64,000 nucleotides of DNA, taken from positions 964 through 64,963 of the forward strand of contig CAVZBW010000007.1 of assembly GCA_963773635.1 (NCBI GenBank), given 5' to 3'. The stretch comes from an uncultured Actinomycetes bacterium. Lineage in GTDB: Bacteria > Actinomycetota > Acidimicrobiia > Acidimicrobiales > RAAP-2. Positions 59,963-64,000 of the stretch are shown here, piece after piece. A program made the position numbers and the translations under genes. Position 1 is the first letter of the stretch. Each line of letters begins with the position of its first letter. Below the pieces are notes generated by a model. The model was not told where the DNA came from. It searched no databases and saw nothing but the letters and a program-made list of their open reading frames with translations.

Positions 59963-62122
59963 GTGGCGATCGGTATCAGCGAAGCTCACGTCGACCTGGC
60001 CAAGGTGGTGCGTTCCTTTCTCGAGGGAGAGGACGCTCAGGGGGCCGCGATCGCTCTGCTCGACAGCGTCGAGGAGCCCGTGCCTCCGTTTTGGGGGGCG
60101 ATGGCGGAACTGGGTTGGCTGGGCATCCACGTCCCCGAGGCCGAGGGCGGTGCCGGCTACGGGCTCGCCGAGCTGCTGGTCGTGGTCGAGGAGCTGGGTC
60201 GCGCACTCGCACCCGGCCCGTTCCTTCCGACGGTCCTCGTCTCGGCCCTCGTCGCCGCCCGCGGGGATGATGCACAACGGGCCCGCTGGCTACCCTCGCT
60301 GGTGGACGGCTCCCGGTGCGGGGCCCTGGGTCTACGCGGTGGGGTGACGAGCGATGGAGGACGTCTCTCGGGCGAGGCGATCGTCCTCGGCGGTGGTCTC
60401 GCCGGCGCCCTGGCTCTCGTGGTCGGAGACGACGTCGTCGTCGTCGAGCCGTCGACCCCCGGAGTCGCCGTTCGCCCCGCCCCCTCGATGGATCTCACCC
60501 GTCGCTCGGCCGTGGTCACGCTGCGCGAGTTCGCGATATCGGATGGTGACGTACTGGAGGGCGGTGCGGAGCACGCGCTGGCGCTCGGCCGGACCCTCGT
60601 CGCCGCCGAGGCGGTCGGGGGAGCACGCCGCTGCGTGGAGATGGCGACCGCGTACGCCAAGGAGCGACAGCAGTTCGGACGCCCGATCGCCATGTTCCAG
60701 GCGGTCAAGCACCACTGCGCGAACATGCTGGTGGACGCCGAGATGGCGACGGCGGCCGTGTGGGACGCGGGCAGGGCATCGGCGGGCGCCGACCCGGAGC
60801 AATTCCGGCTCGCGGCAGCCGTGTGCGCGGGTCGAGCGCTGCCCGCCTTCGTCCGCAACGCCGAGCTCAACATCCAGGTCCACGGAGGAATCGGGTTTAC
60901 CTGGGAGCATCTCGGTCACGTTCTGCTGCGGCGGGCCGTTGCCCTGGCCTCGGTGGTCGACGCCGCCGAGGCGCACGACGACGTCGCCCGACGATCCCTG
61001 CGGGGTGTCGTCCGCGATCACCACCTCGACCTGCCCCCCGAGGCGGAGGCCTACAGGCCCGAGACGAGACGGGCCGCCGAAGCGTTTGCCGGCCTCGAGG
61101 GGACCGCCCTCCGGACCCGACTGATCGAGACCGGCTACGTCCAGCCCCATTGGCCCCGGCCGTGGGGTCGAGAGGCCTCGGCCCTGGAGCAGCTCGTGAT
61201 CGACGAGGAGTTCGCCCGGGCGCGAGTGCGGCGACCCGAGTACGGCATCACGGGGTGGGTGATCCTCACGCTGATCCAGCACGGATCCGCCGATCAGGTC
61301 GAGCGATTGGTCCGTCCCACCCTCGAGGGAGCGTTGGTGTGGTGCCAGCTCTTTAGTGAGCCCGACGCCGGATCGGACGCCGCGGGCATCCGGACCCGGG
61401 GTGAGCGGGTCGATGGCGGCTGGCTCGTGACCGGCCAAAAGGTCTGGACCAGCGGCGCCCAGCTGAGCCAGCGGGGGCTGGTCACCGTCCGGACCGACCC
61501 GAGCAAGCCAAAGCATGCCGGCATCTCGACGATGGTGGTCGACATGCAGGCGGAGGGCGTCGAGGTCCGCCCCCTCCGCGAGGCGACAGGCAACTCCCTT
61601 TTCAACGAGGTCTTCTTCAACGAGGTGTTCGTGCCCGACGACGACGTCGTCGGGGCGGTCGACGACGGTTGGACAGTCGCGAGGGCCACGCTGGGAAACG
61701 AGCGGGTCAGCATCGGAGGTGGTTCCGGAACCGGCCCGGCTGCCGAGGCCGTCCGGCTCTATCGGCGGCGCCAGGTGGGCGACCCTGTGCTCGAGCGGGA
61801 GCTCGGGACGTTGATCGCCGAGGCTCAGGCCATGCAGGCGGTGAATCTCCGGCGTGTCGAGCGGGCCGTCGTGGGAGGGGGACCCGGACCGGAGGGCAAC
61901 GTGACCAAGCTGCTCTCTGCGGAGCACGCCCAGCGAGTGAGCGACTTTCGAAGGCGGATGATCGGGGGGGAGGCTGCGCTCATGGAGGGCGACGGGCTGA
62001 CCGTCGGCGTGCCGGTGCTCTTTTGTCGGGCCCTCACGATCGCGGGGGGTACCTCGGAGATCGGCCGCAACCAGATCGGCGAGCGGATCTTGGGCCTGCC
62101 GCGCGATCCGCTCGTCAAGTAG
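59963..62122 (+). CDS. two-module acyl-CoA dehydrogenase family protein (719 aa)
   Basis: Two ACAD-like halves in one ORF. Examples: YAKERQQFGRPIAMFQAVKH in the first half; WCQLFSEPDAGSD and IAGGTSEIGRNQI in the second. Confidence 0.85.
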   Translation: MAIGISEAHVDLAKVVRSFLEGEDAQGAAIALLDSVEEPVPPFWGAMAELGWLGIHVPEAEGGAGYGLAELLVVVEELGRALAPGPFLPTVLVSALVAARGDDAQRARWLPSLVDGSRCGALGLRGGVTSDGGRLSGEAIVLGGGLAGALALVVGDDVVVVEPSTPGVAVRPAPSMDLTRRSAVVTLREFAISDGDVLEGGAEHALALGRTLVAAEAVGGARRCVEMATAYAKERQQFGRPIAMFQAVKHHCANMLVDAEMATAAVWDAGRASAGADPEQFRLAAAVCAGRALPAFVRNAELNIQVHGGIGFTWEHLGHVLLRRAVALASVVDAAEAHDDVARRSLRGVVRDHHLDLPPEAEAYRPETRRAAEAFAGLEGTALRTRLIETGYVQPHWPRPWGREASALEQLVIDEEFARARVRRPEYGITGWVILTLIQHGSADQVERLVRPTLEGALVWCQLFSEPDAGSDAAGIRTRGERVDGGWLVTGQKVWTSGAQLSQRGLVTVRTDPSKPKHAGISTMVVDMQAEGVEVRPLREATGNSLFNEVFFNEVFVPDDDVVGAVDDGWTVARATLGNERVSIGGGSGTGPAAEAVRLYRRRQVGDPVLERELGTLIAEAQAMQAVNLRRVERAVVGGGPGPEGNVTKLLSAEHAQRVSDFRRRMIGGEAALMEGDGLTVGVPVLFCRALTIAGGTSEIGRNQIGERILGLPRDPLVK

Positions 62123-62149
62123 ACGCGGCCCGGGCGGCTCGCTCGGCGC

Positions 62150-63718
62150 CTACGAGCCCTGCGGGCGGTCTTGGCCCGTGCGGACCGACTCGGCCGACGA
62201 CCCCCCATACCGCTCCCGCAGGACGCGCTTGAGCAGCTTGCCCGTCGGCAGGCGGGGGAGTGCGTCGGTGAAGCGCACGGTGCGAGGCACCTTGAAGCCG
62301 GCGATCCTCTCTCGGCAGAAGGCCTGCAGCTCGGTGGCCATCGCCGACTCGTCGGCGACCGGGCGGACCGGTTGCACCACGGCGAGCACGGACTCGCCCA
62401 TCTCGGCGTCCGGCACTCCGATCACGCCGACGTCGGCGACGTCGGGATGCAGGGCGAGAGCGTTCTCGATCTCCTGGGGGTAGATGTTGACCCCGCCGGA
62501 GATGATCATGTTGGAGAGCCGATCGGTGAGGAACAGGTATCCGTCGAGGTCCAGGTACCCGACGTCGCCGAGGGTGTTCCACCCCCGATCGTTGTACGCC
62601 TCCCGAGTCTTTTGCGGGTCGTTGTGGTACTCGAAGGTGGCCCCGCTCTCGAACCAGATCTGCCCGACCTCGCCGGCCGGCAATTCGAGGCCCGCCTCGT
62701 CGGTGATGTGCACCGTGCCCAGGAGGGATTTGCCGACCGTCCCCGGCTTGGCCAGCCACTCCTCGGGACCGACGGCGCAGAAGCCCCCACCCTCGCTCCC
62801 GGCGTAGTACTCGTAGACGATCGGTCCCCACCAATCGAGCATGCGCTGCTTGACCTCGATCGGGCAGGGCGCGGCCGCGTGCACCACCGTGCGGAGGCTC
62901 GAGGGATCAAACGCATCCCGATCCGCCTGAGCCAGCTTGAGCATCCGCACGAAGTGCGTCGGTACGAACTGCGCGTGCGTCACCTGGTAGCGCTCGATGG
63001 CGCGCAGGGCTTCGAGCGGTTCGAAGCGCTCCAGAATGACGACGGTCCCTCCCACCCGCTGTGCCGCCATGGACCACCCGAGCGGTGCCGCGTGGTACAA
63101 AGGTGCCGGGCAGAGGTAGACGATGCCGGGCTCGAACCCGTAGACCGATCGCACCAGGGCGTCGAACGCCGTGCCCGTCCCAAACGGATCGTCCCGGAGT
63201 GCCGGCATGATGCCCTTGGGTCGGCCGGTGGTTCCGGACGAGTAGAACATGTAGGCGCCCTCGGTCTCGTCGCCCAGCGGCCGGGCCGGATGCTCGGCGA
63301 TGGCTCGCTCGTAGTCCTCGAAGCCCTCGAGGTGGCCGTCATGGGCGAGCCGCACCTCGACTCCCCGCAGAGCCGGTCCGAGGGACCCGGCGAGCTCGGC
63401 GAACCGAGCGGACGTGATGAGCGCGGTGGCACCGCAGTCGCCGAGGATGTAGGCCGCCTCATCCGGGCCGAGGTGCCAGTTGATCGGGGTGTACCGCAGT
63501 CCCGAACGCTGCGCCGCCCACGCCGCCTCGAGGTACCCGATGTGGTTGTCGAGCAGGATGGCCACATGGCCACCCCGGGAGATGCCTCGTGAGCGCAACA
63601 GCTGGGCGAGACGGCACGAACGGTCCTCGAGCGCACCAAAGGAGAGCGATCGGCCGGAGGAGGCCATGACGATCGCAGCGCGGCCCGGCTCGGAGGCCGC
63701 GCTGATCCCGGTGCTCAC
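62150..63718 (-). CDS. AMP-forming acyl-CoA synthetase (FadD-like)
   Basis: FYSSGTTGRPKGI, GWNTLGDVGYLD and ISGGVNIYP. The GTG start overlaps the upstream stop (GTGA). Confidence 0.85.
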   Translation of the reverse strand: MSTGISAASEPGRAAIVMASSGRSLSFGALEDRSCRLAQLLRSRGISRGGHVAILLDNHIGYLEAAWAAQRSGLRYTPINWHLGPDEAAYILGDCGATALITSARFAELAGSLGPALRGVEVRLAHDGHLEGFEDYERAIAEHPARPLGDETEGAYMFYSSGTTGRPKGIMPALRDDPFGTGTAFDALVRSVYGFEPGIVYLCPAPLYHAAPLGWSMAAQRVGGTVVILERFEPLEALRAIERYQVTHAQFVPTHFVRMLKLAQADRDAFDPSSLRTVVHAAAPCPIEVKQRMLDWWGPIVYEYYAGSEGGGFCAVGPEEWLAKPGTVGKSLLGTVHITDEAGLELPAGEVGQIWFESGATFEYHNDPQKTREAYNDRGWNTLGDVGYLDLDGYLFLTDRLSNMIISGGVNIYPQEIENALALHPDVADVGVIGVPDAEMGESVLAVVQPVRPVADESAMATELQAFCRERIAGFKVPRTVRFTDALPRLPTGKLLKRVLRERYGGSSAESVRTGQDRPQGS

Positions 63719-64000
63719 GGGGAGGACTGGATCGGCGCGGTCGTCGGGGGACTGGTCGTGGTCGGGTTGGTGAGCTGCTCGAAGTCGATCGCACCCCGCG
63801 GCGCGGAAGGGTTCGGCTGGACGTTGTAGGCGGAGAACGTGATCGATCCGTTGGAGGAGCCGCCCGTCTGGGAGATCCTCAGGATGTAGGGCTGGCCCGA
63901 CGCGGCGACGTACACCGTGCCCGACCCTCCGCTCGACTTGTTCTTGAGCACGATCACCTTGCGACCCCGGTACGTGGTCGTCCCGGCGTTGACGACGCTG
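63715..64000 (-). CDS. hypothetical secreted/lipoprotein-like protein, C-terminal fragment (5' end outside window)
   Basis: The frame is open to the window edge. ...GTVYVAASGQPYILRISQTGGSSNGSITFSAYN, followed by a Pro/Thr-rich tail. Confidence 0.45.
   Translation of the reverse strand, partial: SVVNAGTTTYRGRKVIVLKNKSSGGSGTVYVAASGQPYILRISQTGGSSNGSITFSAYNVQPNPSAPRGAIDFEQLTNPTTTSPPTTAPIQSSP

Noticed and set aside
1-64000. tRNA, rRNA, transposase, integrase, prophage or toxin-antitoxin content
   Set aside because: I saw no T-loop-like GGTTCGAATCC motifs in intergenic regions, no rRNA-like conserved stretches, and no DDE, tyrosine-recombinase or phage-structural signatures in any ORF translation.

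Overview
High-GC (roughly 70%) chromosomal segment. It looks actinobacterial: an Rpf-type transglycosylase, an F420-type LLM oxidoreductase, GTG starts and leaderless-style gene spacing. I support about 60 protein-coding genes, mostly housekeeping or catabolic. I found no rRNA, tRNA, CRISPR array, transposase or integrase. The only mobile element is a full-length LAGLIDADG intein splitting the class II ribonucleotide reductase gene nrdJ. Most unusual observations: (1) a cytochrome P450 fused in frame to a C-terminal cyclic-nucleotide-binding (CNB) domain. It lies next to a beta-carbonic anhydrase and a CNB-patatin lipase. The lipase is the last gene of a co-directional block: ABC-2 exporter, then an RDD membrane protein, then the patatin, under a divergent MarR. 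(2) The RDD protein carries 18 tandem nonapeptide repeats (27-nt DNA period) of the form [VI]-D-[VIL]-[DN]-x-[LV]-[LIV]-x-R. (3) A molybdopterin oxidoreductase / FNR-like reductase / four-Cys DUF6510 operon, preceded by an untracked, translationally coupled 54-aa acidic ORF. (4) A 14-bp AT-rich operator-like motif occurs three times around a TetR gene and a tandem-fused double CaiB CoA-transferase. (5) A long structured leader upstream of the rpf-like gene, a possible ydaO/c-di-AMP riboswitch. (6) Four otherwise intact genes each need removal of one base to restore the reading frame. This indicates either systematic assembly indels or real pseudogenisation, and it should be settled before trusting any fusion call. 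All product calls rest on motif recognition by eye in the supplied translations. No database search was run.
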